From assembly GCA_907165135.1 (NCBI GenBank), contig OU015566.1:6262001-6326000 (forward strand): a stretch of DNA of 64,000 nucleotides. The letters are read 5' to 3'. The notes beneath the pieces are model-generated. The model did no database searches. It was given only the letters and a program-made list of their open reading frames with translations, and had not been told where the DNA came from. Source of the stretch: Oikopleura dioica (taxonomy: Eukaryota > Animalia > Chordata). This document shows, in pieces, positions 46,392 through 60,900 of this stretch. Both the position numbers and the translations under genes were made by a program. Each line of letters starts with the position of its first letter. The stretch's first letter is position 1.

Positions 46392-47070
46392 GGGATCCCC
46401 CGATTTCGTCAACTTTGACTTCGAACTACTTTTTTAGGGCTGAGCTTTTTACAAGTATGAGGGCTCATTTTGAAGCAAACGTTGAACAAACTCTAGTACA
46501 GAAATTAATTTTCATAAGGGGAAACACCTAGAAAAGACGGGCTGAAAACATTGATACTCGTGAAAAACCCCATTTTGGGCCATTTTCAAAATCGAACTTG
46601 TTTTTTCTGCTCTTAGATAGAGCCCTAAATCAATAACAACTGTCTTCCTTGATCCCTGATCTATAATCTCTAGTACAGGCATGTGATTCCGTCAAGGATT
46701 GTAGAATTTTTCTTAACAAGATGTTTTTTAACTGATTTTTGCCATTTTTTCGACTTTCTTTGCTCTCTAGCGCCTTTGAGTGGTTAGATGTTTCATTTAA
46801 TCTATTTTTTTCGAATTCAGTTTTCTCTAAGCTTTCTAAAGAGCCCTTATTCATCTGATTATGTCGACTTTGAAAAGTCGAAAAAATTGCGAATTTTTAC
46901 TAAGTAAAATTTTTCGTTCAAATAAGCCATTTTCAAAGCTGTGTCACGGTTAACCACGTGACGGACTCCCCTTGACATAATATATGAAAATGATCGCCAG
47001 ACAACGGAGATTCCGAAAATATATCACATAAAAGCCCTCGATGATATTTTTCAAATCGGGAGGGGATCCC
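46392..47070. mobile_element. Kolobok-like non-autonomous element between two convergent genes
   Basis: TTAA TSD; GGGATCCCCCGATTT / AAATCGGGAGGGGATCCC. Confidence 0.8.
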
Positions 47071-47155
47071 TTAAGGTATTTTTATTGAATTGTTAATTGA
47101 GATTGAACAAAAGAATAAAAAGAAGAAAAACACAGAATACAGAAAGACAGATTTT

Positions 47156-48524
47156 TCAGTTATTTGCGATTGTTTCTTGAATCCAAGATTTGGCAGCAAA
47201 GACAGAAGAGTAGAGACCGGGGTATCCTTCCCAGGCGCATCCGGTTCCTCTAGAAACAACGCCGCTAAGAGTGGCACGACCGTTGATTGGGCAGATGAGG
47301 GGTCCGCCAGAGTCACCTTGGCAAGCATCTTTGCCGCCGTCGATAATATCGTCTTCGTTGAGATCGGGGATTCCAGCGCAGATGTCGTCGGCGACCAAGA
47401 AGCTTTGGTAACTGTTGTTGAGGCAGTATTCCTGGCTCATGTAGTTGACTCCGACAGATTGGAGAGTGCTTGAGAGCGATCCACCTAAAGAAATAAAAAA
47501 ATGAAAAACAAACTCGATTTCAAAGTATCACCAGAAGAAGTAGTGCCCCAGCCGGCGACCCAGCAAGCTTCTCCATGGTCGGGCTCAGCATCGGGAAGGC
47601 AAGCAATCTCTGTCTTTCCCTCTGGGTCCGCAGCGATGATGTTCTGGTCGAATTTGATCAAGCACCAGTCTGAGTTTTGTCCAGTTCCATCGGAGCTGTT
47701 GCCGTATTCTGGGTGATTGAAGAACGTGCTGGATACGAGAGTGTACTCGTCTGATTCTTGAGCATTGGCATGAAGATCGCCGAAAGTAGCGAAAATCTCC
47801 GCCATGCCCTCGCAGCAATGAGCAGCGCTCAAAACCCAGTTCGTGTGAATGATGCTGCCGCCGCATCGGTATCCACCGCCGCTGCCGACCGTTTCTCGCA
47901 AGAAAAGACGAGTGATCCACGGCCACTCGTTGTCTCCAGCCGTGACGCCGCCGACGATCTTTCCAGATTCGAGACCGGGGAAGTTCAGCGCGTTGGAACA
48001 GGTGTCGAGGCCGGCGGTGATGAAATCAGTGAGCTCCTTGAACTCGGGACCGGGCTCTTCCGCATCACATTTTCGTCGGTGGAAATTCTGCTGAAGTCTT
48101 TTGCTTCGACGCGTTATTTGTCTGGGAACGTTTCCTCGCCCGTTGCAGGCATATTTTCGGGCAAAAGAGCGCAACGCAGACATGATCTGAGAGTTGAGCT
48201 TGCAGGGGTCGTTTTTGTCGAAGACATTGAGGTCATCACCAGCATCGACAGCCTCGTCGCACGGGGCTCCGTCTCGATCATTTGCGTCGATGACTCGTGC
48301 TGCCCATTTTTGGACTTTTGCTACGTGGCGGGCATCCTTCCGGTTTTCCATGTCCATGGACATCTCCGCCAGTCGCTAAATAATAGGTCAATACAAAACT
48401 ATATTCTCATTAAATAATTCCAAGACAGCAGTGTACTTACATCAAGGTGTCCCATAATTTTATCGTGCCGTTGCTGCATGTTTCCAGCATTAGCCATTGC
48501 CGCGAGTCCTATGAAAAGTTTCAT
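47156..48524 (-). CDS. Trypsin-like serine protease (S1A) with N-terminal helical Cys module
   Basis: Signal [14 protein letters not shown]; IVGG; LSAAHC; NSDWCLIKF; [11 protein letters not shown] (Asp in the S1 pocket); three exons. Confidence 0.93.
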
Positions 48525-49278
48525 GGTTTTATTGTTTTCTATAATTTAGTGACTTGATGGTCGAACAGCGGAACTTTTTATAGAACTTTTTTTTGGTGGC
48601 GATCGAGAGCGGTATCAAGGAGCGCAAACGGTTAATGTTTTGACCATTGATGGCAGACACGTTTGGCTTATATTGAGGAACCAATTACAGATTAACGGAG
48701 AATAGATATGGTCATTAACCGCCGGAGTACCGTACCACCGCCCTATTATATTGTCAAAATAAACGTGAGATATCAATAAGAGCTACCTTCCTGCCAGTGA
48801 TACGTTTTGCTTTGGTTGAGGAAGCGATTGTTGAAATGCAGAAAACTGATACTTTGCTGTGTATATTTTCCGCATCTCAATAATTTCGCTGACAGGAGCT
48901 CTCGCTGAAACGCTGTGCGTTCGGTACAAGCATAGATCCGGTTATATTCTTCGCAACAACGTGGCTCGGCAGCCAGATGGCAAATTTTCGAATAGCAACG
49001 CAGAAACTGAGCGAAATAATTGCGGCTTTCGGAATTTAAATTGAAAACATGAATGCTTTATAATTATTTTCATAGAATCAAGTGCCAAGCGCATTTTTTT
49101 TCATCCTGCAAGCCTTCAAAGTGAACCGTGTAAACTTTACATTACATTTGTAATGTAATAAGCTTTGCTTATAGTTTTCAATGTTTTTCTTTCGTTTTTG
49201 GAATGAGTAATTTTATTCTGATTGCAAGGAAGAAAGAAGAATAGTTAAATTAAGATAAGGAAGTATTGCATATCAACG

Positions 49279-52200
49279 TTAGTCGTCCCATTCCGAGTCG
49301 TTGTCGGAGTCGTCTTCGTCGTCCGAGCCGCCGACTGCTGGCCTCATCATTTTTAGTCTCTCCGCGAGTTGATCCACGATGGATGGTTCTGATGTTCAAG
49401 TTCAAAAAAGGATTCAAGAAGAATATTCCAAGTTTATGTTAAAAATAAAAAATGGAGAATATTTCTGTTACTTTGAACTTTTCCTGAGACAGATGCTCTT
49501 GGAGAGGGATCCTTCGTGACTTCAGAGCTCACTGGTCTCAGTTTATTCACACTCATTCCTTGAATACTTTGAAGCAGAGCGTTTCGACCTTCATCTGCTG
49601 GTGGTTTATTGTTTTGAGGAGGAGGTGGAGGCGGTCCACCGCCGCCGGTTGGCTTCATACTCGAAGGAGGGGGAGGTGGAGGGCCACCGCCAGCAGCTGG
49701 AGGTGCTGGTGGAGGAGGAGGACCACCACTGGGCGGAGGTGGCGGTGGAGGGCCTCCGAAGTTCGATGGAGGAGCTGGGGGAGTAAAGGTTGGTGGGGGC
49801 TTCGAATTGATTGGAGGTGGTCCTGGAGGTCTCCTGGCGTTTGGAGGCGGAGGCGGTTTCTTTCCATGAGTTGCTCTTGAACCGCTTGGCGAACCGTGGG
49901 GTTGAACTTGAGGAGGTGGCTTCGGAAATCCCTTCTGCTGAGGTCTCTAAAATTTGTATAAAATTCGAAGTATCAGAGAAATATTTGTTTTACGTGAATA
50001 GACTCTCGTCGAACTGGGAGAGCGGGTTTATGATCTACATGTGGAGGGAGCTGTGGTGGCGATTTCAACTGATTCGAAGGATAATTCGGAAAATTCGAAT
50101 TGATATTTCGATGTGCTTCAATTGGTGGTGCTGGGCGCGCCGAAAAGCCCGAAGGAACCTGTTTCAGAGCTGGCAATCAAATTACACAAAATTACAATTC
50201 AAAAAGCTTTCTTTGGAAGTCCAAGAAACCTTTCTACCGGTACAACTAGCAAAATCAAACTTTCGATTTACAATCTCGACCTGAGGAGCTGGTTGCTTCA
50301 CACTTTGAGCGCGGTGCTTTCGCTGAACGCTTTCGAGTCCTCCTTTTTCGTCGATGAATTGATAAATTTGCTTCCTTTGCTGATCGTTCTTCATCATTTC
50401 GTTGATGTCGCGCTCGTTCGCAAAGTTCATTTCTCGCAGCAATCTTACCACTTCTTCTTGGTCATTTCTAGGAACGTAAAATAAAGGGAATTGCAACTTA
50501 GCATCTGGGCTCGGCAACCTGCGTAAAACACCTGAGTCGTGGTACGCAGGAAAGCCGCGTTCAAACAAATCCACGACGAATTTTTAGAACCCTGACTCAG
50601 GTTTTTTTGCACAGCCAAGCCAAGCTAAACAACTCCTTACCCTATCTTCTTCATTCTTCCGTCAGGTCCAATATTCACTCCGTTCAAATGCTTGAAAGAA
50701 TTCTCTACCGGCCCAGAGATGTCGAGCTTCGTCAGCTTTCCCTTCTTCTTCCCACGCATGTTGCTGGTGCTGGTGTCTATTCCGGAGTCCAAACTCTGCT
50801 GCGAGCCATGGTGCAGTTGGCCGCTGCTCACGCTTTGAGAAAAGTAGCTGCTCGAGTTGCCCATGTTCGAGCTTACATGGGGCGGCTCGTTAATCGTCTA
50901 AAAGGGAAATTCAGTGTCAGAACACAGCGGTCTTTGCAGACTCGTGTTCGTTGAAAATTGATTTCTACGAACTGAATCTACAATTCTAACTGTAAATGAG
51001 AGACCTTCGAAAGTAGAAGATCCGAGAATAATTTTGTTTTTTAGATTTCTTTATAAATGACTAAAAAGAAAAGTTATTGATGGAAACCATAATTAAAATT
51101 CACACCAGAAGAATCAGATCAACTAACTACCACAACCAAACGCAGTGAAAAATAAGTGAAACTAAAATTTTTGACAGCTCATTTCTGGAAGTTCACAGAA
51201 TGAGCCCTACCCTCAACAACGCAAGACTTTATCTAAGCTGAAGATTCACCCTCGGGACTTCCGAAACCGGGACGTAATCAGTTCAAGAGAATCTACGGTA
51301 AAATACCGAATGAAAAAAGGTACCTTGACGACGAGTCCAGTAGCTTTTCGCGCCTTGAATTTCGCCGCTTTCTCTTTGATGATCTCGAGCGCGACTTGTG
51401 CTTCACTCTCATCGGCGAAATTGATGCCCATCTGAACGAAAACAAACCTCAATTAGAGCTTCAAAAGCAAACAAAATTTTAATTAAAGTACACATCTCCT
51501 TACTACTGAATCACTCAGAATCGAGCTGTACCTGACAATCTCGGCCAGAAAACTGCAAAAAGAAATTCCTCGTCATTTGGATATTCATGTCATCGTAAAT
51601 TTCCTCTTCCCAGAGCGGCTTTGAATCGTGCTGCAAAAGCGAGTAAAGAGACAGAAAATAGCCTCTTCGTCTGGAATCCTTGACGATGACCAGCGCTCCG
51701 ACGGCGACTTTCGCCCAGCTGTTTCGATCTGCGCGGAGAATTTGGGCAACTGCAGTTTGTAGAGCTAGTTGCTTTATTTCCAGCTTTTTGTGAACTCGCG
51801 CGTTTTCATTTTGATTCAGCCTCTAAGATGAATTCAATTACGAATATTTTCGTTAATTACTCTCAGTCTATAAAATTAGGGCTAGGCCCCCATATGAAAG
51901 GAGTTATCCAGTTTGACGACACTGTTCTTCAATATTTTTGATTTCCAGCCTAGACGAAATCAATAATAATGTAAATAGCCCCAAATAAAAAGCAAAGTTA
52001 TGATTTCCAAAAAACGACAATCTGTTCTCACACAAGGAGGCCCTCTTTCGATAGAATCTAGCAAATTGGACAAAAAAAATTTTGGTCGGCATTAAGAAAG
52101 CCCTTCCAGGACCCTGACTAAGATTTTCTGTGACTAAGACCTTCTAAGATGAAGGTTGCTAAGCCTAGAATTGGGACCGGGTTGGGAAGGTCGAGTAAAA

Positions 52201-52309
52201 TCGCTAAAAATTCTAGTCTATTCTTCACCCTCAATAATATCTGGATGAATAAACTCACCGATGATGATTTATGCTCCTGTGGAACTTTTTTCGGCCTCGC
52301 AGTTGTCAT
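49279..52309 (-). CDS. WASP: Wiskott-Aldrich syndrome protein family (WASP/N-WASP)
   Basis: WH1 (TAVAQI...ALVIVKDSRRRGYF...LWEEEIY...GINFADESEA), basic/CRIB (KKKGKLTKLDISGP...FKH), polyproline, WH2 GRNALLQSI, acidic DDSDNDSEWDD*. Confidence 0.92.
50505..50624. mobile_element. CTG...CAG TIR family copy 5, in a WASP intron
   Basis: CTGGGCTCGGCAACCTGCGTAAAACACCTGAGTC ... GACTCAGGTTTTTTTGCACAG; degenerate flanking duplication (5/8). Confidence 0.75.
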
Positions 52310-53581
52310 TTCAAACTTCTCTGTCGTAAAAGTTCATTCACGTCTTCAATTTACGCTTCTCTCTCTCTTTTCGTTTCTTTTGTCCCGCCTTCTCTTCTTG
52401 GTTACGATTCTCGCGTTTGTTTTACAATTTTCTGAAATCACGAGTCTCCTTATTTTTTTTTTATTTTCTCCAGTGAAGGGCAGCACGGGCGTTTTCGCCC
52501 GTTTCGTTACTCAATAAAAGCCGCAGAATGACTTTAGCGCCCGTCATCCATGAAATTTTCACAAAAATGCACCGGCGGAGCTATTATTAGCGCATTTCCT
52601 CAGCGCATTACCGGACAAATGAATCACAATTTACTGTTTCTCGTCGAAAAATGCGCAAAAGACAAAAATGGAAGAAATAAGGATTTAGTATTGAATTGCG
52701 ATTGATCGATTATTCGAATTGAAGTCGAAAGGAAAATTGCACAGAAAAAATAGGAGTTTTGAAATCACCAGGGTTGAAAAAGAAAGTGAGGGGTCAGAAG
52801 AAAGGTCAATGTCGTGAAAAAAGAATGGAAGAGGTTTTCTACAGAAAAAATTGATACTAGCACAAGAACAGCTACAAAATAAAGATAGGTTTTTAATCCC
52901 GGTACTGCTGATTTCTCTTAGTCCTAGTCTAGGACTCCTAGAGCCCTCTAGGCAAGAAGAAAGACTAGGAAATTAAGGCACCGTTGGTGGTTTGGAGAAA
53001 ATGTAGAACATCAAGCCGTACAATGCAAAAAGCAAACAGAGAATGCCTACTAATGCACTTCCCATCCATTTTGTCTCGTTCGTCACAGAAGTCGCTGAAT
53101 CATTTTCCTTAGTACAATCACTCCAAAATTAGTCAAAAGTTACATTTTCGAATGTCCGCTTTAGTTTTGAAGTCTCTAGTCGCATCTTTGTTTGAATTGT
53201 CCCGCTGGTAGGTTCCGATGTTCTTCCTGTACTTTGTGATTGGCGGCTACAGCCTTTAATTTATTTAAAGCCCCTGCAAGTTAACCTACCTGAGCCATTT
53301 GCGCCTTTCCACCTCCTTTGCTGCCTTGCCCACCGCGAGCCATTTTCAAACAAACAAGTCCGAGACAATTTTCTTTTGACAAAAAATTGAAAAATTTATT
53401 TCCGAGAATATCTGATTAAATAGAATACAGTGAGTTCTGAGTCAGACAGAAAGTTGCAACTTGAAACAGGAACGAATTGTTGAAACGGCAATGTATGTGG
53501 CTGAAGAAGCTTTTCTCGAGCGGTGGTCAAAAACAGTATAAATAATATCAAAATTGAAGAAGGGACGGCGGTAACAGTGGT

Positions 53582-54943
53582 TTACAAGTCAAGTTCAAGT
53601 CCAAGTCCGACTTTGAGGTCTTGTGGCTGGCCAGTTGTAATGAACTTGGAGCATTGAGCCGCGAATGTAGCAGTAATTCCTGGGAATTGCTAGAAAAAGA
53701 GGATAAGCAGCGAAAAGAGATGAAAATTGGGCGCGTGAGATAATAATATTCGCACCTACTTCTTCCCTACCTTTACATATTGAACATCGAGAAGATCCTT
53801 GTTTGAGACTCCGAGCTTGAGTTCTGATGAATCCGACAGAACATGCTCGAATCCAATCTTGTAATTGTCCCCAAAATCGGTTTTTACGCCAATAAGCGTA
53901 TTCGCATCTGTGCCCTTCGTTACGCAGAACTCGTACTTTTTCAGATCCCCGGTTGAGAGGATAGCCGAGAAGTATTTGTCCTCATAGCCAGCTTTGAGAT
54001 CCGGCAGTTGCTTGAATTTATCGAGTGTTATTTTCCACTTGCCCTTTTTACGACTTACAGTCTCCGCGATTTCGGGCAAATGCGCGGCGACGAAGTAGTT
54101 GTCCCAGTCGAGTTTGATCTGGCCGGAAACGCTGGTTCTGATGCTTCGATCGAGCGGGACTTCGAAGTCGAAGCCAGTGTGGAGTCGGCCGAAAGCATGG
54201 TTGTATTTCAACTCCGCCATGCCGTCGCGGAAGATGGAGCCGCCAGGAACGGCGTTGAAACGGACAGCTGCGTTTTCTGAGAACTCGACTCGTTTTGACC
54301 AGAGTTTTTCCGATGGTGTGTACGTCACGTGCGTCGGAATTGTTCTGTCAAAACTTTTGATTCCAAAGTCGCCGCAGACATCGCGCAGATTCTAAAAAAA
54401 TAATGAGTCTTAGCTGAAGATGCGATTTTTGCGTATTTATGTTCTAAAAAAGCCAGGAAAGCTTCAGAAAGCAGGAAATCGTTAGGCTAAGAATCATTTC
54501 CTTCGAGTATTTGTTTCTCTCAGTATTTTTCGCGAATTTTGTCCGCTTGAGGCATATCGAACCGCGGAAAAGCTGCTGTAAAATACAAAAAAATACAAAA
54601 AAATCGAAATGAAATGAATGCGAAATTTTCTCCGTCTGCCTCGTCTCTCAGAGAATAAATGAAAACTACTAACGCTGCCGATCACTGTTACTATAAGTTA
54701 TCCTCATAGAGCTGAAAATATATTTCAACAATCAATCTTAGCCTACTAGAGAGAGTAATTTTAACTTACCGGAAGGAATGTAATCTCAGCCTTTCGATCA
54801 TCTCCAAGAGCAGTAAGCTTCCAATGAACGGGAAATTGATTTCGAGCATCGGAGTGCCCAGAAACTCTGAATCCAATCTTCCCCAAAGTTTGCGACTCCT
54901 CAAACAGACTCGTGTGTCCGATACTTTCGAACAGCCGCGTCAT
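53582..54943 (-). CDS. Divergent VDAC/porin-family beta-barrel protein
   Basis: Three exons, about 290 aa of alternating beta-strand pattern; C-terminus KVGLGLELDL* resembles the VDAC terminal strand. Confidence 0.65.
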
Positions 54944-55578
54944 TTTTTCTAAAAAAATCGTCGGTTAATTCTTCGAAATTTGAAACATGTATCGTATATT
55001 CAGTAATCAGCAGATTCATTTTCATACATATTAATTTTTAACTAGTGATTTTTCGACGAGGATAGGAAAATGGAGAAAATGGAACAGGAAGCGCCAGAAC
55101 TTGGGCTTGCAACTGTGATTCTGTGACTGTAGCACTGGGACCAAACAATAAGTTATGAAAGTAATGGTGAAAGGACTTTTCTCTCGAAATCAAAATTATT
55201 TTGAGAAACAAAGAACAAAGCCAAGCCGGAAATGAGTAAAAATTGAGCGCCGCCGCGTATGGTTTTTCGATGAAAAATTGGATTTTTCTATTTTTGGGTG
55301 ATGAATACAGATGTTGGTTTCAACTGGATTTTTCGCATGTTTCAAGCTAGTTTTACAAATAAAGGATTCAGGGTGGACTTTCTGATGAAACAAAAAAAGA
55401 TGCGGACTTTTCATATTTTAGTGATATTTTCATTTTTCTGGACAGAAATTTTTGTGCCCATCGCGCTTCCACGAGTTAAAATGCATTTTCACCTTGCTCT
55501 TAGATTCTACGCAATCAACAGTCGAATTTAAACTAGATGAACTAGATTCGTCGACAAGATTGAAGATTATCTGATTAT

Positions 55579-55755
55579 CTGAGCTCGGCAACCTGTGTAG
55601 AAAACCTGAGTCAGGGTCTGAAAGATCGTAAATGGAAAACCGCGGCTTTTTCTAAACGAAGTCGGGAAGCGGCTTTGTCAGAATTTAAAATCGATGGAAA
55701 AGAGAAATTTGCAAGAGCCCTGACTCAGATTTTCGACACAGGTTTCCGAGCACAG
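55579..55755. mobile_element. CTG...CAG TIR family copy 6 (best preserved)
   Basis: Both TIRs plus perfect 8-bp TSD CTGATTAT (55571-55578, 55756-55763). Confidence 0.9.
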
Positions 55756-56053
55756 CTGATTATTGGTAGGATGCAGTACGGCTTGCTGGGATTTAGAATT
55801 TTTCCTTTGGATTTCAAACATTAAGTGCAATAAAATATATCTACGCGTAATAGTAATAAACTGTAACACTAACATCTTGGTTTGATGATAGAAAAATGGG
55901 ATGAAAGAAAGGACACGAAGGAATAAAAACTAGTTTTGACGCTCTGTTTTGATCAATTTTCACTCACAAAACGGGGCAATCGCGGCGGATGAGATTAAAA
56001 AGTGTGGTGAGTTTTTTTTCACATTTTCACGAATTTTTATTTGCAAAAGTCAG

Positions 56054-57701
<1,648 letters not shown>

Positions 57702-57907
57702 CTACCAGATACAACCGACTCAAACCTTCTAGAAAAAAAAACAATTAACAACCCACTAAAAACCCATCCCCGGCCACCCCGAACTTGCCTCGAGTAAATC
57801 GGTGAGAATACAGGACACTTTTTTGTAAACTAAGGGGGCAACTTGGGATGGCCGGGAAAATAAAAAGCGTTCTAGAGACAGAAAATGTTTTTCTTGGAAA
57901 TTGAAAT

Positions 57908-60900
57908 TCAGTCAAAATAGTCGGCAATGTCGATTTCTGGGTCCAAAAGACCGTCTTTTAACTCGCCAATATTAATTTCATTTGAGATAAGATTTTCTAG
58001 CGCTAGGGTCGGCAACAAAAATCTTTTCTGGAAAGAGACAGAAACCCAATTAGCCCGCTGGTGCGCAATTATCGCGGTCATAAATCGCCGACCCCATTTT
58101 CTATGACCTCCAGTAATTCACAGTCTTCTTTGTAAATCAGAATAGCTCCTCTCACGCGATCCTCATAGATCACCACTTTTATGAACTCGGCTCCCTTGGT
58201 TTCTGCGCGGACGGGTTCGAAAATATTAAAAAATATGGGAACTCGAAAGCCAAAATTAAGGGAATCGGTAAAAGGAAAAAAGATCGGGAAGGTAAATTGG
58301 TTCCGGATGGTTGGCAATAAGGCCACTGCAGCCGGGGATCACGCATAAGGAGAAAATCGAGCCACAAGTGGTTCGGACTGGCGCTATTTAGGCTTGTGAA
58401 CTTTGGAAAGAGGATCATAATGCATAGTTGCAGAATAAAAAATGGATCTTTTTAATAGGTTTTGTTTCGTTAAAAGGAATTTTTTGATGGATTAAATAAA
58501 CAGAAAATGAATGAATAAAATCCTTACTTTTTTCTTGTTTTCTTTTTTTAAGCAATAATTGAATTTTTCCGCGAGAAAATCAACAATTCTAGAGATTTAA
58601 AAAATCAATTAACAGCAATAGTTGAAGTTCAATAATTGAATGAACTTTAGACTCGATTCATTTTTATAAAAATATATTTTAAAGCAGCAAATTTCTCGGC
58701 GGTAAATCTCTTGATGCATAAGAGAGAATAAATAAGAAATTAATCCTCTAGGCTTCTTTAAAATCTCTTAAAAAGGGTGAAGCGGCGCTAATCCAGCGAT
58801 CTTGAGACGTTATTTATTGCTATATTTCAACCCATCGCCATTGAACTCGAATAGCCAAAAGAAAAAAATAAGTTATTTCGCAAAAGTAAAGCATAAATTA
58901 AAGATGCGCCTCTGAGATGTCTGAAAGCCACAGTAAGACGGAAAAGACACAGAAATCGCTGCTGAAAAGGTCTGAATAAGTTTTGCTTTGAATAATTGAT
59001 CGATTCAAGAGCGACTCTCTCTTTTGATAATGACAAAGGCGATGGATGAATATTCGATTGGGCCAGTTGATCTTGAACGATCTTTCTTCTCAACGAAAAA
59101 AAACTTGAATCAATTAATTAATATATTTGATTTAATAAAATAATATATTTTTCGAAAATAAAAGTTTTCAATGAAGAAAGTTTGATAAACCAATAAAAAG
59201 ACAAAAAAATGAAGATTTCTGATTGGCTAAAAATATCAGAAAGAGACAATCAAAAACAAGAAGTCAGAAATTTGAAAGAATGCTGTTACCTGGGGTCGGG
59301 AACTACCCACTTAAATTTGGTGGGTAGAGTAGGGTAGAGTAGGTCCGAATTTCGAACTGCTCTGGGTAGGGTAGGGTAGAGTAGAGTAGTTCGTGGGTAG
59401 TATATTCTAGAACAAAAAATATACAAAAAAATATTTTTTATTCACTGAAAAATGAGTTTTTTAGCGAAAATTTAAGTAAACAAACATTTCTAGTTGTGTA
59501 CTAGGAATTTTTACATGAATATTTCTTGCTCAAAGCCTATTCTTCTTGCTTTTCCTAGAATTTTGGCTCCAGAATCTCGAGAATATGAGACCTACCCACA
59601 TAACTACACACTCAAAAATAGTGGGTAGAGTAGGGTAGAGTAGATGGAACTACCCTACCCTACCCTACCCAGCCCAAATCTACCCACTTGGGTAGGGTAG
59701 ATCCCGACCCCAGCTGTTACTAACTAAGAATATCATAATGTTGAAAATTTAAAATAATAAGAAAATTGAAAAATAGAAGCTTATTTGCGTTTTGGCGTTG
59801 TTTTATTTTCGAACCCGTTCTCTCTGAAAATGATCTCAACTTGGCGCTGGGGAAGCGTTTGCGCATTGTACAATCCAAGAAGCGCCGTTCTATTCATTTG
59901 GGATTTGACTTTCGTGAGTAAAAAACGAGAATAGCGCATTTTGGCCAAGAGCGCGGCAAGAACGCGCAAATATTTGAATTTTTTTTTTCAACTATCAGAA
60001 GAATAAAATTTGTTAAAAAATGATTCATATTCTGAAACATCGTTTAATAAAATTGAAGTTTTAAAAGTCATTTGAATAAAAAAATAGAAGAAAGAACTGT
60101 CAAGAAAAACATTCAAAAATAAATCCCGTTTCCTGAAGCCAAAAAAGCTGGTACAATGAGTAAAAGTCGTAAAACAAAAATCAAGCAGTGCTTCTTGCTC
60201 GTCTAAATGACTGTTGCTTCGTTTCAGAAAGCAAAATATTTGAGCAGCTAAATCGCACAGTCCTACTGTAATTATCGAATTTCGGAATCGTCAACATCGA
60301 AAATTGAAAACTCATCGACAGGGAATCATGTTTGCTCTCTCGAAATATTTGATTTTGAATTAGATCGACAAATCTTCGATTTCCGAGTGATTTATACAAG
60401 CATTTACGACCATTTCTTTGCGTTAAATTCAAGTAAATACTTGAAATTCTCAGTTTTTGTAAAAGTTTTGTAATAAGAGACCTTGATTTCCTTTTAACCT
60501 GACTCGGGAACCTGTGTAGAAGCCTGAGCTACGATCCTGAAAAAGCTAAGATGACCATTTGTCTATTCGTGAAAGCGATTTCAGAGCTCTTACACAGGTT
60601 TCTACACATTTTTCCGAGCCACGTTCAAGGGAAATCAAGGTCTTTTGCTACATAATTTCGACAGAAATTGAGAATCCTTGAATTTGAGGTAAAGAAAAAA
60701 TTGTAAATGTTTATAGACACGAGAAAAAATTATAGAAGTCTGTAAAAATTTTCATTGTAAATCTTACACTGTAAAATAAAGCGGAAATCAGGGATTCGCT
60801 GATTGTAAAATCAAAGAAGGAAAAATCAAACAAAAATGGTCAAATAGATAACTCGGTTTCTGAAAAACTAGACTATCAAAATGCAAAACATCAAAAACTC

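Noticed and set aside
50470-50640. CTG...CAG elements as exact introns (true introners) in WASP, PP1 and PYROXD1
   Set aside because: In each case the element lies internal to an intron with its own GT and AG outside the TIRs; no exact boundary coincidence in this window.
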